A DNA stretch of 64,000 bases, taken from positions 132,928,001 to 132,992,000 of the forward strand of contig OZ024743.1 of the NCBI GenBank assembly GCA_964016885.1. The letters run 5' to 3'. A program made the translations under genes and the position numbers. Below, piece after piece: positions 12,001-23,100 of this stretch; the stretch's first letter is position 1, and each line of letters opens with the position of its first letter. The notes under the pieces were generated by a model that had not been told where the DNA came from, searched no databases, and saw only the letters and a list, made by a program, of their open reading frames with translations. The stretch comes from Eledone cirrhosa. Taxonomy: Eukaryota.

Positions 12001-15000
12001 GTGCTTGGTGTTTGGTGTTTGCTGTTTGCTGTTTGTTGTTTGGTGTTTGCTGTTTGGTGTTTGGTGTTTGCTTTTTGGTGCTTGGTGTTCGGTGCTTGGT
12101 GCTTGGTGTTTGGTGCTTGGTGTTCGGTGCTTGGTGCTTGGTGTTTGGTGCCTGGTGCTTGGTGCTTGGTGCTTGGTGTTTGGTGTTTGGTGCTTGGTGC
12201 TTGGAGTTTGGTGTTTGGTGCTTGGTGCTTGGTGTTTCGTGTTTCGTGTTTGGTTTTTGGTGCTTGGTGCTTGGTGCTTGGTCCTTGGTGTTTGGTGTTT
12301 GCTGCTTGGTGTTTGATGCTTGGTGCTTGTTGCTTGGTGTATTGTGTTTGGTGCTTGGTGGTTGGTGTTTGGTGCTTGGTGCTTGGTGCTTGGTGTTTGT
12401 ACTTGGTGATTGGTGTTTGGTTCTTGGTTCTTGGTGTTTGGTGTTTGGCGTTTGGTGTTTGGTGCTTGGTGCTTGGTGTTTGGTGCTTGGTGCTTGGTGT
12501 TTGGTGCCTGGTGCTTGGTGCTTGGTGTTTGGTGTTTGGTGCTTGGTGCTTGGTGCTTGGAGTTTGGTGTTTGGTGCTTGGTGCTTTGTGTTTTGTGTTT
12601 GGTGTTTGGTTTTTGGTGCTTGGTGCTTGGTCCTTGGTGTTTGGTGCTGGGTGCTTTGTGTTTGGTGCTTGGTGCTTGGTGTTTGGTGTTTGCTGCTTGG
12701 TGTTTGATGCTTGGTGCTTGGTGCTTGGTGTTTTGTGTTTGGTGCTTGGTTCTTGGTGTTTGGTGCTTGGTGCTTGGTACTTGGTGTTTGTACTTGGTGC
12801 TTGGTGCTTGGTGTTTGGTTCTTGGTTCTTGGTGTTTGGTACTTGGTGCTTCGTGCTTGATGTTTGGTGTTTGGTGCTTGGTGTTTGGTGCTTGGTGCTT
12901 GGTGCTTGGTGTTAGGTGTTTGGTGCTTGGTCCTTGGTGTTTGGTGCTTGGTGTTTGGTGTTTGCTGTTTGGTGTTTGGTGTTTGGTGTTTGGTGTTTGC
13001 TGTTTGGTGTCTGCTTTTTGGTGTTCAGTGTTTGCTGTATGGTGTTTGGTGTTTGCTGTTTGGTGTTTGGTCTTTGGTCCTTGGTGTTTGGTGCTTGGTG
13101 CTTGGTGTTTGGTGTTTGGTGCTTGGTGCTTGGTGTTTGGTGTTTGGTGCTTGGTGTTTGGTGTTTGGTGCTTGGTGTCTGGTGCTTGGTGTTTGGTTTT
13201 TGGTGCTTGGTGTTTGGTGTTTGGTGTTTGGTGTTTGGTGCTTGGTGCTTGGTGTTTGGTGTTTGGTGCTTGGTGTCTGGTGCTTGGTGTTTGGTGTTTG
13301 GTGCTTGGTGTTTGGTGTTTGGTGTTTGGTGCTTGGTGCTTGGTGCTTGGTGTTTGGTGTTTGGTGCTTGGTGTTTGGTGCTTGGTGCTGGGTGGTTGGT
13401 GTTTGGTGCTTGGTGTTTGGTGCTGGGTGCTTGGTGTTTGGTGCTGGGTGCTTGGTGTTTGGTGCTTGGTGCTTGGTCTTTGGTGCTTGGTGTTTGGTGC
13501 TTGGTGCTTGGTGCTTGGCGTTTGGTGGTTGGTGCTTGGTATTTGGTGCTTGGTGCTTAGAGTTTGGTTTTTGGTGCTTGGTGCTTGGTGTTTGGTGCTT
13601 GGTGTTTGGTGTTTGGTGCTTGGTGTTTGGTGCTTGGTACTTGGTGCTTTGGTCTTGGTGTTAGGTGTTTGGTGCTTGGTGTTTGGTGTCTGGTTTTTGG
13701 TGCTTGGTGCTTGGTGCTTAGTGTTTGGTGCTTGGTGCTTAGTGTTTGGTGCTAGGTGCTTGGTGTTTGGTGCTTGGTGCTTGGTGTTTGGTGCCTGGTG
13801 CTTGGTGTTTGGTGTTTGGTGTTTGGTGCTTGGTGCTTGGTGTTTGGTGATTGGTGCTTGGTGCTTGGTGTTTTGTGCTTGGTGGTTGGTGCTTGGTACT
13901 TGGTGCTTTGGTCTTGGTGTTAGGTGTTTGGTGCTTGGTGTTTGGTGTCTGGTTTTTGGTGCTTGGTGCTTGGTGCTTAGTGTTTGGTGCTTGGTGCTTA
14001 GTGTTTGGTGCTAGGTGCTTGGTGTTTGGTGCTTGGTGCTTGGTGTTTGGTGCCTGGTGCTTGGTGTTTGGTGTTTGGTGTTTGGTGCTTGGTGCTTGGT
14101 GTTTGGTGTTTGCTGTTTGCTGTTTGTTGTTTGGTGTTTGCTGTTTGGTGTTTGGTGTTTGCTTTTTGGTGCTTGGTGTTTGATGCTTGGTGCTTGGTGC
14201 TTGGTGTTTGGTGCTTGGTGCTTGGTGTTTGGTGTTTGGTGCTTGGTGCTTGGTGTTTGGTGCTTGCTGCTGGCTGCTTGGTGTTTGGTGCTTGGTGATT
14301 GGTGCTTGGTGTTTGGTGCTTGGTGTTTGGTGTTTGGTTCTAGGTGCTTGGTGTTTGGTGCTTGGTGCTTGGTGTTTGTACTTGGTGCTTGGTGCTTGGT
14401 TCTTGGTGTTTGGTGCTTGGTGCTTGGTGTTTGGTGCTTGGTGCTTGGTGTTTGGTGCTTGGTGTTTGGTGCTTGGTGTTTGGTGTTTGGTGCTTGGTGC
14501 TTGGTGTTTGGTGCTTGGTGTTTGGTGCTTGGTGTTAGGTGTTTGGTGCTTGGTGCTTGGTGTTTGGTGTTTGGTGCTTGGCGTTTGGTGTTTGGTGTTA
14601 TATGCTTGGTGTTTGATGCTTGGTGCTTGGTGCTTGGTGTTTGGTGCTTGGTGTTTGATGCTTGGTGCTTGGTGCTTGGTGTTTGGTGCTTGGTGCTTGG
14701 TGTTTGTACTTGGTGCTTGGTGCTTGGTTCTTGGTGTTTGGTGCTTGGTGCTTGGTGTTTGGTGTTTGGTGCTTGGTGTTTGGTGCTTGGTGTTTGGTGC
14801 TTGGTGCTTGGTGCTTAGTGCTTGGTTTTTGTTGCTTGGTGTTAGGTGTTTGGTGCTTGGTGCTTGGTGTTTGGTGTTTGGTGCTTGGTGTTTGGTGCTT
14901 GGTGTTTGGTGTTTGGGGCTTGGTGTTTGGTGCTTGGTGTTTGGTGCTTGGTGTTTGGTGCTTGGTACTTGGTGCTTGGTGCTTGGTGTTAGGTGTTTGG

Positions 15001-17095
15001 TGCTTGGTGCTTGGTGTTTGGTTTTTGGTGCTTGGTGCTTGGTGTTTGGTGTTTGGGGCTTGCTGCTGGCTGCTTGGTGTTTGATGCTTGGTGATTGGTG
15101 CTTGGTGTTTTGTGCTTGGTGTTTGGTGTTTGGTGTTTGGTGCTAGGTGCTTGGTGTTTGGTGCTTGGTGCTTGGTGCTTGGTGTTTGGTGTTTGGTGTT
15201 AGGTGCTTGATGCTTGGTGTTTGGTGCTTGGTGCTGGGTGGTTGGTGTTTAGTGCTTGGTGTTTGGTGCTGGGTGCTTGGTGTTTGGTGCTTGGTGCTTG
15301 GTATTTGGTGCTTGGTGTTTGGTGTTTGGTGCTTGGTGCTTGGTGCTTGGTGTTTGGTGCTTGGTGCTTGGTGTTTGGTGCTTGGTGCTTAGTGTTTGGT
15401 GCTTGGTGCTTAGTGTTTGGTGCTAGGTGCTTGGTGTTTGGTGCTTGGTGCTTGGTGTTTGGTGCCTGGTGCTTGGTGTTTGGTGTTTGGTGTTTGGTGC
15501 TTGGTGCTTGGTGTTTGGTGTTTGCTGTTTGCTGTTTGTTGTTTGGTGTTTGCTGTTTGGTGTTTGGTGTTTGCTTTTTGGTGCTTGGTGTTCGGTGCTT
15601 GGTGCTTGGTGTTTGGTGCTTGGTGTTCGGTGCTTGGTGCTTGGTGTTTGGTGCCTGGTGCTTGGTGCTTGGTGCTTGGTGTTTGGTGTTTGGTGCTTGG
15701 TGCTTGGAGTTTGGTGTTTGGTGCTTGGTGCTTGGTGTTTCGTGTTTCGTGTTTGGTTTTTGGTGCTTGGTGCTTGGTGCTTGGTCCTTGGTGTTTGGTG
15801 TTTGCTGCTTGGTGTTTGATGCTTGGTGCTTGTTGCTTGGTGTATTGTGTTTGGTGCTTGGTGGTTGGTGTTTGGTGCTTGGTGCTTGGTGCTTGGTGTT
15901 TGTACTTGGTGATTGGTGTTTGGTTCTTGGTTCTTGGTGTTTGGTGTTTGGCGTTTGGTGTTTGGTGCTTGGTGCTTGGTGTTTGGTGCTTGGTGCTTGG
16001 TGTTTGGTGCCTGGTGCTTGGTGCTTGGTGTTTGGTGTTTGGTGCTTGGTGCTTGGTGCTTGGAGTTTGGTGTTTGGTGCTTGGTGCTTTGTGTTTTGTG
16101 TTTGGTGTTTGGTTTTTGGTGCTTGGTGCTTGGTCCTTGGTGTTTGGTGCTGGGTGCTTTGTGTTTGGTGCTTGGTGCTTGGTGTTTGGTGTTTGCTGCT
16201 TGGTGTTTGATGCTTGGTGCTTGGTGCTTGGTGTTTTGTGTTTGGTGCTTGGTTCTTGGTGTTTGGTGCTTGGTGCTTGGTACTTGGTGTTTGTACTTGG
16301 TGCTTGGTGCTTGGTGTTTGGTTCTTGGTTCTTGGTGTTTGGTACTTGGTGCTTCGTGCTTGATGTTTGGTGTTTGGTGCTTGGTGTTTGGTGCTTGGTG
16401 CTTGGTGCTTGGTGTTAGGTGTTTGGTGCTTGGTCCTTGGTGTTTGGTGCTTGGTGTTTGGTGTTTGCTGTTTGGTGTTTGGTGTTTGGTGTTTGGTGTT
16501 TGCTGTTTGGTGTCTGCTTTTTGGTGTTCAGTGTTTGCTGTATGGTGTTTGGTGTTTGCTGTTTGGTGTTTGGTCTTTGGTCCTTGGTGTTTGGTGCTTG
16601 GTGCTTGGTGTTTGGTGTTTGGTGCTTGGTGCTTGGTGTTTGGTGTTTGGTGCTTGGTGTTTGGTGTTTGGTGCTTGGTGTCTGGTGCTTGGTGTTTGGT
16701 TTTTGGTGCTTGGTGTTTGGTGTTTGGTGTTTGGTGTTTGGTGCTTGGTGCTTGGTGTTTGGTGTTTGGTGCTTGGTGTCTGGTGCTTGGTGTTTGGTGT
16801 TTGGTGCTTGGTGTTTGGTGTTTGGTGTTTGGTGCTTGGTGCTTGGTGCTTGGTGTTTGGTGTTTGGTGCTTGGTGTTTGGTGCTTGGTGCTGGGTGGTT
16901 GGTGTTTGGTGCTTGGTGTTTGGTGCTGGGTGCTTGGTGTTTGGTGCTGGGTGCTTGGTGTTTGGTGCTTGGTGCTTGGTCTTTGGTGCTTGGTGTTTGG
17001 TGCTTGGTGCTTGGTGCTTGGCGTTTGGTGGTTGGTGCTTGGTATTTGGTGCTTGGTGCTTAGAGTTTGGTTTTTGGTGCTTGGTGCTTGGTGTT
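10390..17095 (+). repeat. Near-perfect tandem duplication, offset 3503 (about 10390-13590 and 13890-17095), with a complex junction of about 300 bp
   Basis: Identical translated ORFs 10502/14005, 10512/14015, 10684/14187, 11700/15203, 11914/15417, 12916/16419; private marker TTTGGTC at 10404 and 13907. Confidence 0.92.
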
Positions 17096-20000
17096 TGGTG
17101 TTTGGTGCTTCCTGCTGGCTGCTTGGTGTTTGATGCATGGTGATTGGTGCTTGGTGTTTGGTGCTTGGTGTTTGGTGTTTGATGCTTGGTGCTTGGTGCT
17201 TGGTGTTTGGTGCTTGGTGCTTGGTGTTTGGTGCTTGGTGCTTGGTGTTTGGTGCTTGGTGTTTGGTGCTTGGTGCTTGGTGCTTGGTGCTTGGTGTTTG
17301 GTGGTTGGTGCTTGGTGCTTGGTGTTAGGTGTTTGGTGCTTGGTGCTTGGTGTTTGGTGTTTGGTGCTTGGTGTTTGGTGTTTGGTGCTTGGTGTTTGGT
17401 GCTTGGTACTTGGTGCTTGGTGCTTGGTGTTAGGTGTTTGGTGCTTGGTGCTTGGTGTCTGGTTTTTGGTGCTTGGTGCTTGGTGTTTGGTGTGTGGTGC
17501 TTGCTGCTGGCTGCTTGGTGTTTGGTGCTTGGTGATTGGTGCTTGGTGTTTGGTGTTTGGTGTTTGGTGTTTGGTGCTTGGTGATTGGTGTTTGTACTTG
17601 GTGCTTGGTGCTTGGTTCTTGGTGTTTGGTGCTTGGTGCTTGGTGTTTGGTGTTATATGCTTGGTGTTTGATGCTTGGTGCTTGGTGCTTGGTGCTTGGT
17701 GTTTGGTGTTTGGTGTTTGATGCTTGGTGCTTGGTGTTTGGTGCTTGGTGCTTGGTGTTTGTACTTGGTGCTTGGTGCTTGGTGCTTGGTGTTTGGTGCT
17801 TGGTGCTTGGTGCTTGGTGCTTGGTGCTTGGTGTTTGGTGGTTGGTGTTTGGTGCTTGGTGTTAGGTGCTTGGTGCTTGGTGCTTGGTGTTTGGTGTTTG
17901 GTGCTTGGTGTTTGGTGTTTGGTGCTTGGTATTTGGTGCTTGGTACTTGGTGCTTGGTGCTTGGTGTTAGGTGTTTGGTGCTTGGTGTTTGGTGCTTGGT
18001 GTTTGGTGCTTGGTGCTTGGTGCTTGGTGCTTGGTGTTTGGTGGTTGGTGTTTGGTGCTTGGTGTTTGGTGCTTGGTGTTAGGTGCTTGGTGATTGGTGC
18101 TTGGTGTTTGGTGTTTGGTGCTTGGTGTTTGGTGTTTGGTGCTTGGTGTTTGGTGCTTTTTGCTTGGTGCTTGGTGCTTGGTGTTTGGTGCTGGGTGCTT
18201 GGTGCTTGGTGTTTGGTGTTATATGCTTGGTGTTTGATGCTTGGTGCTTGGTGCTTGGTGTTTGGTGTTTGGTGCTTGGTGTTTGATGCTTGGTGCTTGG
18301 TGCTTGGTGTTTGGTGCTTGGTGCTTGGTGTTTGGTGCTTGGTGCTTGGTGTTTGGTGCTTGGTGTTTGGTGCTTGGTGTTTGGTGCTTGGTGCTTGGTG
18401 CTTGGGGCTTGGTGTTTGGTGGTTGGTGCTTGGTGCTTGGTGTTAGATGTTTGGTGCTTGGTGCTTGGTGTCTGGTTTTTGGTGCTTGGTGCTTGGTGTT
18501 TGGTGCTTGTTGCTGGCTGCTTGGTGTTTGGTGCTTGGTGATTGGTGCTTGGTGTTTGGTGCTTGGTGTTTGGTGTTTGGTGCTTGGTGTTTGTACTTGG
18601 TGTTTGGTGCTTGGTGTTTGGTGCTAGGTGCTTGGTGTTTGGTGCTTGGTGCTTGGTGTTTGGTGCCTGGTGCTTGGTGTTTGGTGTTTGGTGTTTGGTG
18701 CTTGGTGCTTGGTGTTTGGTGTTTGCTGTTTGCTGTTTGGTGTTTGTTGTTTGGTGTTTGTTGTTTGGTGTTTGCTGTTTGGTGTTTGGTGTTTGCTTTT
18801 TGGTGTTTGGTGTTTGATGTATGTTGTTTGCTGTTTGGTGTTTGGTGTTTGGTGTTTGGTGCTTGGTGCTTGGTGTTTGGTGCTTGGTGCTTGGTGTTTG
18901 GTGCCTGGTGCTTGGTGTTTGGTGTTTGGTGCTTGGTGCTTGGAGTTTGGTGTTTGGTGCTTGGTGCTTGGTGTTTCGTGTTTCGTGTTTGGTGCTTGTT
19001 GCTTGGTGCATGGTCCTTGGTGTTTGGTGCTGGGTGCATTGTGTTTGGTGCTTGGTGCTTGGTGCTTGGTGCTTGGTGTTTGGTGTTTGCTGCTTGGTGT
19101 TTGATGCTTGGTGCTTGGTGCTTGGTGTTTTGTGTTTGGTGCTTGGTGCTTGGTGCTTGGTGTTTGGTGCTTGGTGCTTGGTGCTTGGTGTTTTGTGTTT
19201 GGTGCTTGGTGCTTGGTGTTTGGTGCTTGGTGCTGGGTGGTTGGTGTTTGGTGCTTGGTGTTTGGTGCTGGGTGCTTGGTGTTTGGTGCTGGGTGCTTGG
19301 TGTTTGGTGCTTGGTGCTTGGTGTTTGGTGCTTGGTGCTGGGTGGTTGGTGTTTGGTGCTTGGTGTTTGGTGCTGGGTGCTTGGTGTTTGGTGCTGGGTG
19401 CTTGGTGTTTGGTGCTTGGTGCTTGGTCTTTGGTGCTTGGTGTTTGGTGCTTGGTGCTTGGTGCTTGGTGTTTGGTGCTTGGTGCTTGGTGTTTGGTGCT
19501 TGGTGCTTGGGGTTTGGTTTTTGGTGCTTGGTGCTTGGTGTTTGGTGTTTGGTGCTTGCTGCTGGCTGCTTGGTGTTTGATGAATGGTGATTGGTGCTTG
19601 GTGTTTGGTGCTTGGTGTTTGGTGTTTGATGCTTGGTGCTTGGTGCTTGGTGTTTGGTGCTTGGTGCTTGGTGTTTGGTGCTTGGTGCTTGGTGTTTGGT
19701 GCTTGGTGTTTGGTGCTTGGTGTTTGGTGCTTGGTGCTTGGTGCTTGGTGCTTGGTGTTTGGTGGTTGGTGCTTGGTGCTTGGTGTTAGGTGTTTGGTGC
19801 TTGGTGCTTGGTGTTTGGTGTTTGGTGCTTGGTGTTTGGTGTTTGGTGCTTGGTGTTTGGTGCTTGGTACTTGGTGCTTGGTGCTTGGTGTTAGGTGTTT
19901 GGTGCTTGGTGCTTGGTGTCTGGTTTTTGGTGCTTGGTGCTTGGTGTTTGGTGTTTGGTGCTTGCTGCTGGCTGCTTGGTGTTTGGTGCTTGGTGATTGG

Positions 20001-20105
20001 TGCTTGGTGTTTGGTGCTTGGTGTTTGGTGTTTGGTGCTTGGTGATTGGTGTTTGTACTTGGTGCTTGGTACTTGGTTCTTGGTGTTTGGTGCTTGGTGC
20101 TTGGT
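16714..20105 (+). repeat. Segmental copy A2 of positions 1-3400
   Basis: See A1; differs by a handful of substitutions and one monomer. Confidence 0.9.
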
Positions 20106-23100
20106 GTTTGGTGTTATATGCTTGGTGTTTGATGCTTGGTGCTTGGTGCTTGGTGTTTGGTGTTTGGTGTTTGATGCTTGGTGCTTGGTGTTTGGTGCTT
20201 GGTGCTTGGTGTTTGTACTTGGTGCTTGGTGCTTGGTGCTTGGTGTTTGGTGCTTGGTGCTTGGTGCTTGGTGCTTGGTCCTTGGTGCTTGGTGTTTGGT
20301 GGTTGGTGTTTGGTGCTTGGTGTTAGGTGTTTGGTGCTTGGTGCTTGGTGTTTGGTGTTTGGTGCTTGGTGTTTGGTGTTTGGTGCTTGGTGTTTGGTGC
20401 TTGGTACTTGGTGCTTTGTGCTTGGTGTTAGGTGTTTCGTGCTTGGTGTTTGGTGCTTGGTGTTTGGTGCTTGGTGCTTGGTGCTTGGTGCTTGGTGTTT
20501 GGTGGTTGGTGTTTGGTGCTTGGTGTTTGGTGCTTGGTGTTTGGTGTTTGGTGCTTGGTATTTGGTGTTTGGTGCTTGGTGTTTGTTGCTTTTTGCTTGG
20601 TGCTTGGTGCTTTGTGTTTGGTGCTGGGTGCTTGGTGCTTGGTGTTTGGTGTTATATGCTTGGTGTTTGATGCTTGGTGCTTGGTGCTTGGTGTTTGGTG
20701 TTTGGTGCTTGGTGTTTGATGCTTGGTGCTTGGTGCTTGGTGTTTGGTGCTTGGTGCTTGGTGTTTGGTGCTTGGTGCTTGGTGTTTGGTGCTTGGTGTT
20801 TGGTGCTTGGTGCTTGGTGTTTGGTGGTTGGTGCTTGGTGCTTGGTGTTAGGTGTTTGGTGCTTGGTGCTTGGTGTCTGGTTTTTGGTGCTTGGTGCTTG
20901 GTGTTTGGTGCTTGTTGCTGGCTGCTTGGTGTTTGGTGCTTAGTGATTGGTGCTTGATGTTTGGTGCTTGGTGTTTGGTGTTTGGTGCTTGGTGTTTGTA
21001 CTTGGTGTTTGGTGCTTGGTGTTTGGTGCTAGGTGCTTGGTGTTTGGTGCTTGGTGCTTGGTGTTTGGTGCCTGGTGCTTGGTGTTTGGTGTTTGGTGTT
21101 TGGTGCTTGGTGCTTGGTGTTTGGTGTTTGCTGTTTGCTGTTTGGTGTTTGTTGTTTGGTGTTTGTTGTTTGGTGTTTTCTGTTTGGTGTTTGGTATTTG
21201 CTTTTTGGTGTTTGGTGTTTGATGTATGTTGTTTGCTGTTTGGTGTTTGGTGTTTGGTGTTTGGTGCTTGGTGCTTGGTGTTTGGTGCTTGGTGCTTGGT
21301 GTTTAGTGCCTGGTGCTTGGTGCATGGTGCTTGGTGTTTGGTGTTTGGTGCTTGGTGCTTGGAGTTTGGTGTTTGGTGCTTGGTGCTTGGTGTTTCGTGT
21401 TTCGTGTTTGGTTTTTGGTGCTTGGTGCTTGGTGCTTGGTCCTTGGTGTTTGGTGCTGGGTGCATTGTGTTTGGTGCTTGGCGCTTGGTGCTTGGTGCTT
21501 GGTGTTTGGTGTTTGCTGCTTGGTGTTTGATGCTTGGTGCTTGGTGCTTGGTGTTTTGCGCTTGGTGCTTGGTGCTTGGTGTTTGGTGCTTGGTGCTTGG
21601 TGCTTGGTGTTTGTACTTGGTGCTTGGTGATTGGTGTTTGGTTCTTGGTTCTTGGTGTTTGGTGTTTGGCGTTTGGTGTTTGGTGCTTGGTGCTTGGTGT
21701 TTGGTGCTTGGTGCTTGGTGTTTGGTGCCTGGTGCTTGGTGCTTGGTGTTTGGTGTTTGGTGCTTGGTGCTTGGTGCTTGGAGTTTGGTGTTTGGTGCTT
21801 GGTGCTTTGTGTTTTGTGTTTGGTGTTTGGTTTTTGGTGCTTGGTGCTTGGTCCTTGGTGTTTGGTGCTGGGTGCTTTGTGTTTGGTGCTTGGTGCTTGG
21901 TGTTTGGTGTTTGCTGCTTGGTGTTTGATGCTTGGTGCTTGGTGCTTGGTGTTTTGTGTTTGGTGCTTGGTTCTTGGTGTTTGGTGCTTGGTGCTTGGTA
22001 CTTGGTGTTTGTACTTGGTGCTTGGTGCTTGGTGTTTGGTTCTTGGTTCTTGGTGTTTGGTACTTGGTGCTTGGTGCTTGATGTTTGGTGTTTGGTGCTT
22101 GGTGTTTGGTGCTTGGTGCTTGGTGCTTGGTGTTAGGTGTTTGGTGCTTGGTCCTTGGTGTTTGGTGCTTGGTGTTTGGTGTTTGCTGTTTGGTGTTTGG
22201 TGTTTCGTGTTTGGTGTTTGCTGTTTGGTGTCTGCTCTTTGGTGTTTGCTGTTTGGTGTCTGCTTTTTGGTGTTTAGTGTTTGCTGTATGGTGTTTGGTG
22301 TTTGCTGTTTGGTGTTTGGTCTTTGGTGCTTGGTGATTGGTGCTTGGTGTTTGGTGCTTGGTGTTTGGTGTTTGGTGCTTGGTGTTTGTACTTGGTGTTT
22401 GGTGCTTGGTGTTTGGTGCTAGGTGCTTGGTGTTTGGTGCTTGGTGCTTGGTGTTTGGTGCCTGGTGCTTGGTGTTTGGTGTTTGGTGTTTGGTGCTTGG
22501 TGCTTGGTGTTTGGTGTTTGCTGTTTGCTGTTTGGTGTTTGTTGTTTGGTGTTTGTTGTTTGGTGTTTGCTGTTTGGTGTTTGGTGTTTGCTTTTTGGTG
22601 TTTGGTGTTTGATGTATGTTGTTTGCTGTTTGGTGTTTGGTGTTTGGTGTTTGGTGCTTGGTGCTTGGTGTTTGGTGCTTGGTGCTTGGTGTTTGGTGCC
22701 TGGTGCTTGGTGTTTGGTGTTTGGTGCTTGGTGCTTGGAGTTTGGTGTTTGGTGCTTGGTGCTTGGTGTTTCGTGTTTCGTGTTTGGTGCTTGTTGCTTG
22801 GTGCATGGTCCTTGGTGTTTGGTGCTGGGTGCATTGTGTTTGGTTCTTGGTGCTTGGTGCTTGGTGCTTGGTGTTTGGTGTTTGCTGCTTGGTGTTTGAT
22901 GCTTGGTGCTTGGTGCTTGGTGTTTTGTGTTTGGTGCTTGGTGCTTGGTGCTTGGTGTTTGGTGCTTGGTGCTTGGTGCTTGGTGTTTTGTGTTTGGTGC
23001 TTGGTGCTTGGTGTTTGGTGCTTGGTGCTGGGTGGTTGGTGTTTGGTGCTTGGTGTTTGGTGCTGGGTGCTTGGTGTTTGGTGCTGGGTGCTTGGTGTTT

